Shown here piece by piece: positions 24,645-36,099 of a DNA stretch of 64,000 nucleotides. The translations under genes and the position numbers were made by a program. The stretch's first letter is position 1; every line of letters starts with the position of its first letter. This DNA comes from Octopus sinensis (Eukaryota). The notes beneath the pieces were generated by a model. That model was not told where the DNA came from and ran no database searches. It saw only the letters and a list, made by a program, of their open reading frames with translations. The stretch spans positions 103,044,001-103,108,000 of the forward strand of contig NC_043000.1 in NCBI RefSeq assembly GCF_006345805.1, written 5' to 3'.

Positions 24645-25177
24645 CGACGATGACGATGATGATGATGGTGTTGATGATGATGATGATGACGTGGACCACG
24701 ATGATGACGACGATTTTGATGGTAGCGTCGGCGACAAATGACGATGATGACGACTATGATAATTATCAGTGATGAGAACAACAACAAAAAAAACAAAAAC
24801 AAAAACAAAAACAAGAGAATTAATGATGATGCACAATAAAAGAATTAGCTGATTGGCAAAGAATCAGTTCTGAGATTATAAACTATTTCCAGGCATGTGC
24901 TAAATGAATACAGATAAACACGATGAATAATTTATCACATCTTTCACACTGTTTCTGAAAGTTGGTGAAACAAGCAACTATGTAAACAAACAACTAGCAA
25001 GGGGTGTGGTGATAATATTCATAATATTATTAATAATGGAAATTGAATACAAACATGTATAATACACACATGTATACATATGTACATACATACATACATA
25101 CATACATACATACATACATACATGCATACATGCATGCATACATACATACAATATATGCATATATACATGTACATATA

Positions 25178-25214
<37 letters not shown>

Positions 25215-25216
<2 letters not shown>

Positions 25217-25331
25217 CACAGGAGTCGTTGTGTGGTAAGTAGCTTGCTTACCAACCACATGGTTCCGGGTTCAGCCCCATTGCGTGGCACCTCTGGCCAA
25301 CCAAAGCCTTGCGAGTGGATTTGGTAGATAG

Positions 25332-25377
<46 letters not shown>

Positions 25378-25578
25378 TTGTTATTTGTGTCTGTGTTTGG
25401 TTCCCTACCATCGCTTGACAACCGCTGTTGGTGTGTTTACGTCCCCGTCACTTAGCGGTTGGGAAAAAGAGACCCGATAGAATAAATACCAGGCTTACAA
25501 AGAATAAGTCCTGGAGGCGATTTGTTCGACTAAAGGTGGTGCTCCAGCATGGCCGCCGTCAAATGACTGAAAAAATAA
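25215..25578 (+). mobile_element. Family C SINE with internal deletions
   Basis: GGCACAGGAGTCGTTGTGTGGTAAG...GGTGGTGCTCCAGCATGGCCGCCGTCAAATGACTGAAA. Confidence 0.87.
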
Positions 25579-26980
25579 AATAATATATATATATATATAT
25601 GCACACAAAATTATTTACATATATAGATCATATACTCACGCGCGCTGTTGCTCATACACATTCGTGCGTGTGTGTGTGGTTATGTAACGAAGGCATAGCT
25701 TTATGGTTAAGAATTTCACGTTGTAACCATATAGTTTCGGATTCAGTGTCACTGTGTAGTCCCTCGAGCAAGTGTCAGCTAGCTTAGCCTCTGGTTAAAC
25801 ATTACTCCGTCAGCGGAATTCAGTATATAAAGCAATTATGCAATAGGTAGATCGTACATTAAATAAGTATATCGAATTAACCTATGACAGACTTAAGTAA
25901 TAGATTCAGATAACGTACTCATTCGTTTAAATAGAAGAGCTTGTGTAATGTCACACATCATTCGAATTAAAGACGACATTCTTACAATATTCCATAACAT
26001 AAAGGAGGTGGAGCATGGCATGGACAAACTCAGGGAATAACCAGTCAAAAATACTTTTAAAAAGTGGCTTAAAATTTACGATAGTCAATTAAGTTTTTTT
26101 CTTTTGTTTCAGCATGACTAGATTGTCTTCTTAAAGCGATTGAAACCTGTAGCTGCTTAGTTAAAAATGTTAATACTGTCTTACTTTTTTTTCAATGGTA
26201 AATACTCAAAGCACAAACACTCTTAAAACGTGCTTCCTTACGGTTAAATGTATGTGTGTATGTATATAAATAAACATATACTATGTGTGTGTGTGTGTGT
26301 GAGACAGAGAGAGCGTCTATGTATGTATATATTTATATGCATATACTATATAACATAGCACGGAGATCTCAGTATATATGTGTGCGTATATACATACACA
26401 CACACACGCACGCACACATGCACACACCCACACACAGCATATCAACATTTTCGAATCTGATGCAACTCATTTGGGAAATATGTGTGATTTTTCTTAATTA
26501 ATTTATTGATGATTCGCTCTTCCGTAATGTTATTTTCAACGGTAGCTAAGTTTATGCTTCTATCAGCATGTGATGCGTGCGCGAGTGTTTGTGTGTACAC
26601 GTGAAAGTTATTTTTAACTGGAAAATTTACTTGTTTGCAGAAATATTTTCCATACTACCTTTATCCTTCTTCCTTTCCCTCTTTTCCCAATGCACCTCAT
26701 GCCCCTTTCTATTTTCCTCCTGCCCCCTCCTTTATTCTCCTCCTCCTGCTGCTAATCACCATCATCATCGTCATCATCCTCTTATCATTTTTGCTGGGTC
26801 GATGTTCGCCTCGCTCCGATATACATTGTGATCTTCACACATGTCTATTGGGAGATTTTTCTCTCAGACAAAAACCACAACATCACGCCTTTCAGTGGTG
26901 TATATAATAAGTTATGTATGGTATGTAGATGTTTATTCTAATTTAATGCTCCTTCAGTTACGTACAATGAAGTAATTTAT

Positions 26981-27011
<31 letters not shown>

Positions 27012-27171
27012 GGAATTTATCTGTAAATATAATGTGACAATTATTCGGTTGCCATGATAAAACTCCGAGTTTCGAATGTTGGGGTGGAAACCCACACCGC
27101 CATTACAACAGCTGTTAGAGAGTGAAAGAGAGACAGAGACAGAGACAGAGACAAAGATGAACATATATATA

Positions 27172-27244
<73 letters not shown>

Positions 27245-27364
27245 CATACAAACACACACACACACAAAGTTTTGGAGAATCAAGCTAGAGAATAGAACTC
27301 AAGGCATGACAATATATATTCGCATATATGTTTATGTGTGTTTATATTTATCACTAGCCACTAA

Positions 27365-27540
27365 AACTTTTTCTATTTTCTCTCCCTGTTTATTCCGGTG
27401 TTCCTTTCTGTCGAAGATCGTAGGCTCGAAACGTAAAAGACTTTCTCACTTCCCGAGCGTTAAACTAATACATCTGTTTGTTGTTTACACATCCGTCTTC
27501 GTCTTTTTTTTATTTGCTTTTTTTTTATAAATTCTCACTA
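27365..27540 (+). mobile_element. Solo PLE pseudo-LTR-like unit (family A) with a hammerhead-like motif at 27404-27439
   Basis: CUUU-CUGUCGA-A-GAUC-GUAG-GCUC-GAA-ACGU-A-AAAG. Homologous units at 31180-31850, 42445-42610 and 59775-59950. Confidence 0.7.
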
Positions 27541-27547
27541 TACACGC

Positions 27548-27621
<74 letters not shown>

Positions 27622-27751
27622 GTAGGTGCCGGGTTGAGTCGGGGTTAACCTCATTATTGGGTTCAACGCCCAATGAAGAGCCCTTCACAGGAGCTCGCTG
27701 AAAAGCCGCACGATAGAGCAGCTTTTAAGCTAGTATGTATGTATACGTGTG

Positions 27752-27790
<39 letters not shown>

Positions 27791-27801
27791 TTTATAGAAG
27801 G

Positions 27802-27852
27802 AGCTTCTACAGGACTAGAACTGTTTCATTCAGATGAAATCTTCAGGAAGCT
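27802..27852 (-). ncRNA. Inverted copy of the family C-HH hammerhead-like motif
   Basis: Reverse complement of 28075-28125. Confidence 0.7.
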
Positions 27853-28074
27853 GGCTGTCATAATAAGGTCTGGTATTTATACATTTAGGCAGATTTAATG
27901 GGTTTATTGAAATGAGAAGAATCAGTGATTCTTCTCATTTCAATAAACTCTCTGGCCTTTTGACTACTCCCCTAAGAACAATAGTTTGTGCCCTGCTTAC
28001 CCAAAAAACGTCCCCCACCACCACCCCATTAAATCTGCCTAAATGTATAAATACCAGACCTTATTTTGACAGCC

Positions 28075-28125
28075 AGCTTCCTGAAGATTTCATCTGAATG
28101 AAACAGTTCTAGTCCTGTAGAAGCT
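28075..28125 (+). ncRNA. Type I hammerhead ribozyme-like motif (family C-HH) between a TATAAATA box and AATAAA
   Basis: Stem I AGCUUC/GAAGCU; core CUGAAGA; stem II U-UUC-AUCU-GAA-U; GAA; stem III ACAG-UUCUAGUC-CUGU; predicted GUA site at 28119. TATAAATA at 28046-28053. Confidence 0.72.
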
Positions 28126-28144
28126 CCTTCTATAAAATAAATAA

Positions 28145-28195
<51 letters not shown>

Positions 28196-28904
28196 ATATA
28201 TATATATATATACATACACACTATACATACATATAGCTTAAAAGCTGCTCTATCGGGCGGCTTTTCAGCGAGCTCCTGTGAAGGGCTCTTCATTGGGCGT
28301 TGAACCCAATAATGACACTTCATGCATTGAGTATATATTAAATTTTATTAAACTTGACCAATATTTTTCAAGCAATGAACAATTTTCATCAAAACAATAA
28401 TATATCGACTTGGAATTTACTACAAAGCTTTATGATAAGCAATATTTTTTTGTTTTCCCATTCACAGGATCAGAATATATTTTTCCGTCTAACCTCTTCC
28501 TCTCTCTCTTTTCTTTTTTGTTGATTGTTTTCAACCATCACCATCATCAGTACAACCACCATCGCCAGCAACAACCTCGATACACACACTATTCAGACTT
28601 TTGACGCCCCCACCATCAACACTTTTGATTTCACCGCCTTCCCCTCGACCACCATCACCACTGTCTTTCACATCCCTTACTATCACCGTTATGCTTGACC
28701 GCCTCAGCTACCCCACCACCACCACCACCTTCGTCACTGTGGCCTCCACTTCTATCACAACTACAGCTCATACAGTTACAATCACCCCATTACCATCTCA
28801 ACTGTCAACCTACTACTGCCCTAACCGTCTCTATGCCTACTTTTACTCTCACCCCAGCAAGGGAAGTAGAAGTGGTATTGAATAGTGAGAGAGGGGGGTC
28901 AAAA

Positions 28905-29705
28905 TGTGACACACTGACACACACTATCGGTGTGCTTGTGTTAGGTAATTTTGCATTGGGGAGTAGGTTTTTTAGGGATTTGGGTTGTCTTTTGTTTTTT
29001 TTATTTTGTGGGTTGCGAGTACTTTTTTTAGATGTGGGTCTTGACTCAGCTGTGGGATGTTCTTGTATATAATTGTGTAAGCGTCTGCATTTCTTGGATT
29101 GTGTGTTGAGGGATATGGTAGACTATTTGATGTACCGGGAGTGTGTTTCGGTTTTCGTAAGTCTTGGGTAGCAATTATCTTGGCCCGTTCTATTCCATTG
29201 TCAACTAATGATGTCTTTCGAGAAGAATCGCCTTTAGTTCTTGGAGTCTTTTATTTCGTGTTCTATAAATTGGGACAGTTGTACAGATTCTTCTCGCTAG
29301 GTTGAAGGGGATGTTTGTCTTCGTGTGCTTTGGGTGATTGGAGGTGAACAGGAGCTTTGTTTGGAATCAGTTGGCTTGTAGTGGATATCAGTTTCAATGT
29401 TGAAGCCTTTTTTTTATAATAAGAATGTCAAGAAAAGGAAGTTGGTCTTGATTATATTTCATTGTAAATTGGATATGGTTGTTGACACTGTTAAGTTTTT
29501 GAAATCAATGAGTTGGTCGAGTATGTGGGACCATAGGATGTAGCGTTTCCAATTCTCCAACAGGTATATGTGGAAAGACAGGCCGTATTTGGATTCTTCA
29601 TAAATTTGTAATTCTAGGTAGGCCATCACCAGGTTTGGATAAGTAAGGGCAGTTTTAGTTCCCATTGCAGTCCCTGATACCTGTCTGTAGGTGTTATTAT
29701 TAAAA
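28905..29705 (-). mobile_element. PLE RT C-terminal half (decayed), truncated in the linker before the endonuclease
   Basis: FNNNTYRQVSGTAMGTKTA..Y.NLVMAYLE...NWKRY, then QFTM...LPFLDI...TDIHYKPTD, HPKHTKTNIPFNLARRI and KRQPKSLKNLL. Confidence 0.9.
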
Positions 29706-30524
29706 TAAACAAAACTTTGGAAAATTTTGTGACTACATTTCAAACTTTCCTTATAGTGAACTTCTACAACCTAAACCCAAACCCAACACCAGTAAAAGGG
29801 AATGGGAAATCATCTATAAGTTACGAAACAATCATGACGTCACAATCAAGGAAGCAGGTAAGGGTAGTACTGTCGTCATTATGGATACTGAACAATACAA
29901 AAACTCTGTATCTCACCTCTTACAAGATACTACCTACTATGAAAGAGTAGTCAACTACCAACAATCAAAAACAATGACCAAATTAAACGCACTCATTTGC
30001 CAATATCGAAATGACTTAACAGCAAAGGAATGCGACTACATAACAAACGTTAATTGCAAAACCAGCATCCTCTATGGGCTTCCAAAAATCCACAAGAGCA
30101 AAATTATTACCGAAGCTTGCAAAAGGTCCACTTCAACCTGCATCACTGTACCTAATCCCACTGATCTCAAACTGAGACCAATTGTGACAGGCCCAAACTT
30201 TGAAACACACATATTAAGCAACTTTATTGATATCCTCTTAAAACCAATACTTAAACACATACCAAGTATTGTAAGAGATTACCTGGACCTACTAAATTAT
30301 CTCTACAAACATACCAATAAAGACATTTTCATTGATGTAATAAACCTTTACCTTACGATCCCACATCAATATGGACTGGAAGCCATTAAATTCTGAGGAA
30401 TTAAATTCCGGGACCCAATGAGGTCCCGGAAAGAATAAAAAAAGAATTCATCATCGAGGGCCTTAAGTTTATCCTCCAAAACAACTTTTTGAATTTTAAT
30501 AATAACACCTACAGACAGGTGTCA
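29706..30524 (+). mobile_element. PLE RT N-terminal half, inverted relative to the C-terminal half
   Basis: IKEAGKGSTVVIMD, YGLPKIHKSK, DLKLRPIV, DVINLYLTIPH, ending at NNNTYRQVS. Confidence 0.9.
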
Positions 30525-30859
30525 TTGACTGCAAAACATGACAATATATATGTTCGATAAATTTAATAGGTACCAGTGAACTAAACTGTCGGCTCTTGAG
30601 TCACTGTAATTTCTGCTTTTTAATGTCTGGCAGTTAGTGTCAAGATAGTTTTCGCTACGTATTTTGTTTATTGGTCATTTTATGTGATGTGTATGTTTTA
30701 TAGATTTTGTTTTGAACACGCCTGCTTTTGATACTTGTAGATTAGCACTACTTATTCGAATATTGTTTTCTTTCCCCCTGTTATTACTGAAATCCTCTGA
30801 TTTAAGCAAGAGGATTTCCACGAGCTTATGCTGTTGTCTTTGACAATTTTCTATTATTG

Positions 30860-30955
<96 letters not shown>

Positions 30956-31086
30956 CCCTCTCTCTCACGCATTCTCTCTGTATGTATGGATGTATGTATG
31001 TATGTTTGTATGTATGTATGTATGTATGTATGTATGTATGTACGTATGTATATATGTATGTGTTTGTGTGTGATAAATAGTAAATA

Positions 31087-31177
<91 letters not shown>

Positions 31178-31179
31178 AT

Positions 31180-31850
31180 ATATATATAACGGGAAGCTTT
31201 ATGAAAATAGACAAAAGACACGAAGCAGGTGGAAAACAAACGAACAATTGTATTAGTATGGCGCTCAGGAAATATAAATAAAACAAGTCTTTAACGTTTC
31301 GAGCCTACGCTCTTCAACAGAAAGATACACAGAGAAAAAAAACACAGAAAGAAGGAGAGAAAAAAAATGCGTGCAGTAACTAACGAATCAACATGGCGAT
31401 CTGATTTCGGCCAGAAGTCAAAGATCAAACATGAGACGCGAGAGCGAAATTAGGGGAGATAATAGGGTTGAATGACCTGCTCCAACATAAGGGTGTGTGT
31501 GTGTGTGTGTATGAGAGAGTATTAGTGCGTATGAGAGGTCTGGACGTGTGTATGTATAGGGTTGGTGTATGTATTAGTATGTATTAGTATGTATAAGGGT
31601 GTGTGTGATATATAAATACATACATACATACACATGCATATATAGGTACAGGACGTCACCAACGGTGCAAATAACATGAAATGCGTAAACAAATGAGTTA
31701 AATATGTAAATGGGGAAAATGGAAAACAGGAAAAGTAAACGCAGAGAAAGGACCCGTCATCAGTTGTCGGCTGTCTATCTATTCCTCATTCGAAGCATTC
31801 AAGGGACAATATGAATCTTCAAAGATAGTTGCTCCCATAAATTCTAAAAT
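31180..31850 (-). mobile_element. PLE pseudo-LTR-like unit (family A, long form) with a hammerhead-like motif at 31288-31325
   Basis: UCUUU-CUGUUGA-A-GAGC-GUAG-GCUC-GAA-ACGU-U-AAAGA. Ends in (TA)n. Confidence 0.7.
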
Positions 31851-32523
31851 ATAATTTAGGATTAATGGAGGGTCGAAGTTGGGTCAAAGTTGGGAACAAA
31901 AACATGACAGTGGAGACATACAAGGAAACCGAACGGAAACAAACATGATGGGTCGTTTGACCATAATGAGAAGAAAATAGTGAACGCTGTGAGAAATCTT
32001 TTTTAGAAAAGAGAAAATAGTAGAAGAGTGAGAGAAAGCGAAAAAAAAACACGTCCGCTCTTTTGAACGCTCACATACATACATACATACATACATACAT
32101 ACATACATACATACATACATACATACATACATACATGCATGCATACATGCATGCATGCATGCATACATACATACATACATACATACATACATAATACATA
32201 CATGCATGCATACATGCATACATACATGCGTGCATATACCTATGTATATACGTGCAGTTGAGACGCGTAGCTTAGTGGATAGGGTGTTACACTCACGATC
32301 GTAAGATAGCAGTTTCGTATCCTAGACTGGATTGTGTTCCAGTGTAAAATACTTCATTTCACGTTACTCCAGTCCATCCAGAAAGTAAAAATGGGACAGA
32401 CCGGCATCTCGTTTAGTGGGAGTATACATACGCTACAGAATCCAGGAAACCCGCACGGGAAGGACCTTTGATTCCTTTTGATATGTATGCGCACTAACTA
32501 TCTCTCTCTCTCTCTCTCTCTTT

Positions 32524-32561
<38 letters not shown>

Positions 32562-33281
32562 ACGAACATGAACTAAGAGAAACAACTTAGCGTGGACAGT
32601 AACAACAATGATGAATAAAGACATAAAACTAAAAGTTTCAATAAATCAAAAATTAATCATTATCGTTCTAATTATGCAAATTACCTAAACTATAATTGAC
32701 CTCTATTCTTTCAGTATATGTCTATGTCTTATGTCTACTGGAGGTAAGGTAGGAGAACTGCTGTGCTAATGACGCACGATAAGCTAGGAACCTACCCGCA
32801 TCTGCAGATTCTCCTGTTACCAATGAAATGTCATATCATAGGATTTCTTGATTCGTGAGATTATCTCCCCTGTCATTTCAGAGTTGTATGCTCTCTTTGT
32901 CGGAGCAAATATAGTTTTGATAAATCATGATTTTAGCGTTTATCCTATTTAATATACCTTTATTCGCATTTGCCTCACACAGACACAAACACATTTATAC
33001 ACATATTTACATATACATACATACATACATACATATATATAACAAAATAATAAATAAAACATACATATATACATACATATATGTACATGCCTACATCTAT
33101 ACGTATATATACATGCATATATGGGTACAGGACACAAGAACAAAACGTAGAGCACAATGAGAAACGAAAACATAAAAAAACATGGAAACAGACTTTCTTT
33201 AAACAACAAAAAAACAGAGTACAAGACATACAACACAGAGAATATTCCCCTTATTCAGCTGCCCCTGCTTCGACTACTCCG

Positions 33282-33324
<43 letters not shown>

Positions 33325-33470
33325 GAAATAGAAAGATGAATAATCTTGTAGCAGATTAATCAAAAGTTTAACCGATACCTTGGTAGCAAAAATCACAGCA
33401 GAAGACAGCACGGTTGGAGGTACAACCATATGGTGTTGCAACCGTGCGTTGGTGCGGATAATTGAATTTT

Positions 33471-33661
33471 AATATTATTAGTGAAATGAAGAAATGGAGC
33501 TGAACGAAGATTGAACAGAAATCGTTTTATTTCATTCTACACGTGTTTCGAATCGGATTTTGGTAAATCGGATTTTGGTAAATTGTGCCTTTCGAAACAC
33601 GTGTAGAATGAAAACGATTTCTGTTCAATCTTCGTTCAGCTCCATTTCTTCATTTCACTAA

Positions 33662-33668
<7 letters not shown>
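33471..33668. repeat. Inverted repeat (about 80-bp arms) whose right arm starts with a half-hammerhead (GAA-ACACGUGU-A)
   Basis: Arms are 33471-33552 and 33591-33668. The spacer holds a tandem 15-mer AATCGGATTTTGGTA x2. Confidence 0.9.
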
Positions 33669-33741
<73 letters not shown>

Positions 33742-33784
33742 TATATATATATAGATATCATATATATATAATATATATATATAC

Positions 33785-33831
<47 letters not shown>

Positions 33832-33839
33832 ATATATAC

Positions 33840-33886
<47 letters not shown>

Positions 33887-33891
33887 TATAT

Positions 33892-34129
33892 AGTAATACT
33901 AAGCAATAAGGGTTTAGCAACGAGTTGCCTTACCACATACCGAATTAGAAATAGCAGTCAAAGGGTTATAGCTATTTCTTCTACTAAAAAGGGAGATCTC
34001 AGTAAAAACAGCATTTACTGAGATCTCCCTTTTTAGTAGAAGAAATAGCTATAACCCTTTGACTGCTATTTCTAAATTCGGTATGTGGTAAGGCAACTCG
34101 TTGCTAAACCCTTATTGCTTAGTATTACT
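33892..34129. repeat. Near-perfect palindrome with 115-bp arms and a 7-nt loop
   Basis: 33892-34006 versus 34014-34129, with a single 1-nt indel. Confidence 0.95.
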
Positions 34130-34214
34130 TAAATTTTCCTCGAATGAGGCTTTTACATGCCGAAGACTACTTGGTGTAATTGATAATTTTTCCAATTAAT
34201 TAATTTCACCCTTC

Positions 34215-34275
<61 letters not shown>

Positions 34276-34309
34276 ATATATATATACATATCATATATAT
34301 ATATATATC

Positions 34310-34421
<112 letters not shown>

Positions 34422-34925
34422 TGCACATATAGGCAAACATATACAATACATTCATACATGAATATATACGTACATGTTTATATATATATGTGTCTGTATG
34501 CGTATGTATGCATGTCTGCGTATCTATATTTGTGTGTATTACTACGTATGCATTCATATGTATGACTGTTTGCGTTTGTATGTGTAGAGTGTGTATGCGT
34601 GTGTGTGCATTTGTATCATTCTACAAATATAAACTCACCAACTTCTGCGCATATCATTGCAATTTTTTTTTCGGTCCGCCCAGATTTATGTGAATGTCTT
34701 TTAAATAGAATTGCCTTTTCATGGTATTAAATAAGATCAAATAAATATTAAAAATATTGCATCTGATCTAATTTTAAACCTTCAATTGTGTTGACAAATG
34801 AAAATACATCATAAGTTCAAATATTGTTGCCTGAGACTTTTTACGGTTACCTGGTTGTAATAATAATTGTTGTTGTTGTTGTTGTTGTTGTTGTTCCTCT
34901 TCTTTTTCTTCTTTTTGTTCTTCTA

Positions 34926-34990
<65 letters not shown>

Positions 34991-36099
34991 GTAAGGCGGC
35001 GAGCTGGCAGAAACGCTAGCATGCCGGGCGAAATGCTTAGCGATTTTTCGTCTGCCGCTACGTTCTGAGTTCAAATTTGATCGAGGTCGACTTTGCTTTT
35101 CATCCTGTCGGGGTCGATAAATGAAGTACTAGTTGCGTTATGGAGTCGATCTAATCGACTGCCCCCCGCCTAATAATTTCGGGCCCAGTGCCTAGAGTAG
35201 AAAAATATTCTTCTTATTATTATTATTATTAATATCACTGATATCACTGGTATTATTGTTTTTATTTATGACCTTTTTTTTCCTATTTGTCATTGTTGTA
35301 TTAACAGACTCAAAGGTTACACAGGCCCATGCAGGGCAGGGGTGGCACCAATTTCTAGTGTTCTTCACATGGACAGCCGCATAGAAAATTACACTATATG
35401 AGCTGGCCTTCCTCAGCGATGTTCTGTCATGCAGAATGACTTTCCAGAGAGTCCATTGCTCCCTTGTAATCTTCTTCGGTGAACAGACTCTTCTTCAGTC
35501 TTCTATCATCGTTGTCATTTATTGCCTTTCTTTCCTTTACTTTTGTAATTGTTGTATCTATGTGTAGAAGCAGCTGTGGTAGCAGCAACAGCAATAGTAG
35601 CAGTGGTGGGGTAGTGATAGTAGTGGTAGTTGGGCCTCAGATTCCTGTGCTATCAGAATAGTAGTAGTTGTAGTATTTGTAGTATTAGCAGCTGCAGAAT
35701 ATTATCATTATTTTTATTTTCATCATTATCGTCATCACCAACACTACCACTGTTATTATCATTATTCCATTTATAATTAAAAGATTTTATTAAATGTTCT
35801 TTATTTTCAACTTTTGTCATGTACTTGAGATAATAACAAATATGTGGTTGTTGAAAGAAATCGTTGGGTGGGAGTAAGTAGCAGCATGGTGAATAGATCA
35901 AATTCTACAGGTCTATAAAATAGATTCGGCAGTTGGTGGGGAGGTCAGACATAGACACAAAAGAATCTTCGCACCCTTTGAGTCAGCAGTGGTCAAATGT
36001 GTTTATTACTACTAGCAACCACTGAGAGCACTAACCTTGGCCTTGAGAAGAAGAAATTTAACCTGTTCTATTTGTAATTACTTGTAGAGACAACAACAA

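Larger units (their letters stand above)
27651..28315. repeat. About 665-bp fold-back palindrome centred on 27925, with 77 bp missing from the left arm
   Basis: 27651-27902 is the reverse complement of 28025-28315. Central 22-bp arms are 27903-27924 and 27926-27947. Confidence 0.93.

Noticed and set aside
23795-24814. 339-aa minus-strand ORF with His, Glu, Arg and Lys runs
   Set aside because: It is a translation of (GAT)n and (TTC)n microsatellites, with no domain signal.
29881-30396. Possible selenocysteine-type (Naiad) PLE or intact RT gene
   Set aside because: The linker after RT points to a C-terminal endonuclease, and the frameshifts and missing catalytic DD indicate decay. No pattern of in-frame TGA codons or SECIS was seen.
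32990-33290. Repeat sharing CATATATGGGTACAGGAC-like starts with 31640 and 63270
   Set aside because: These may be further pseudo-LTR relatives, but the shared sequence is short and I found no hammerhead or ORF link.
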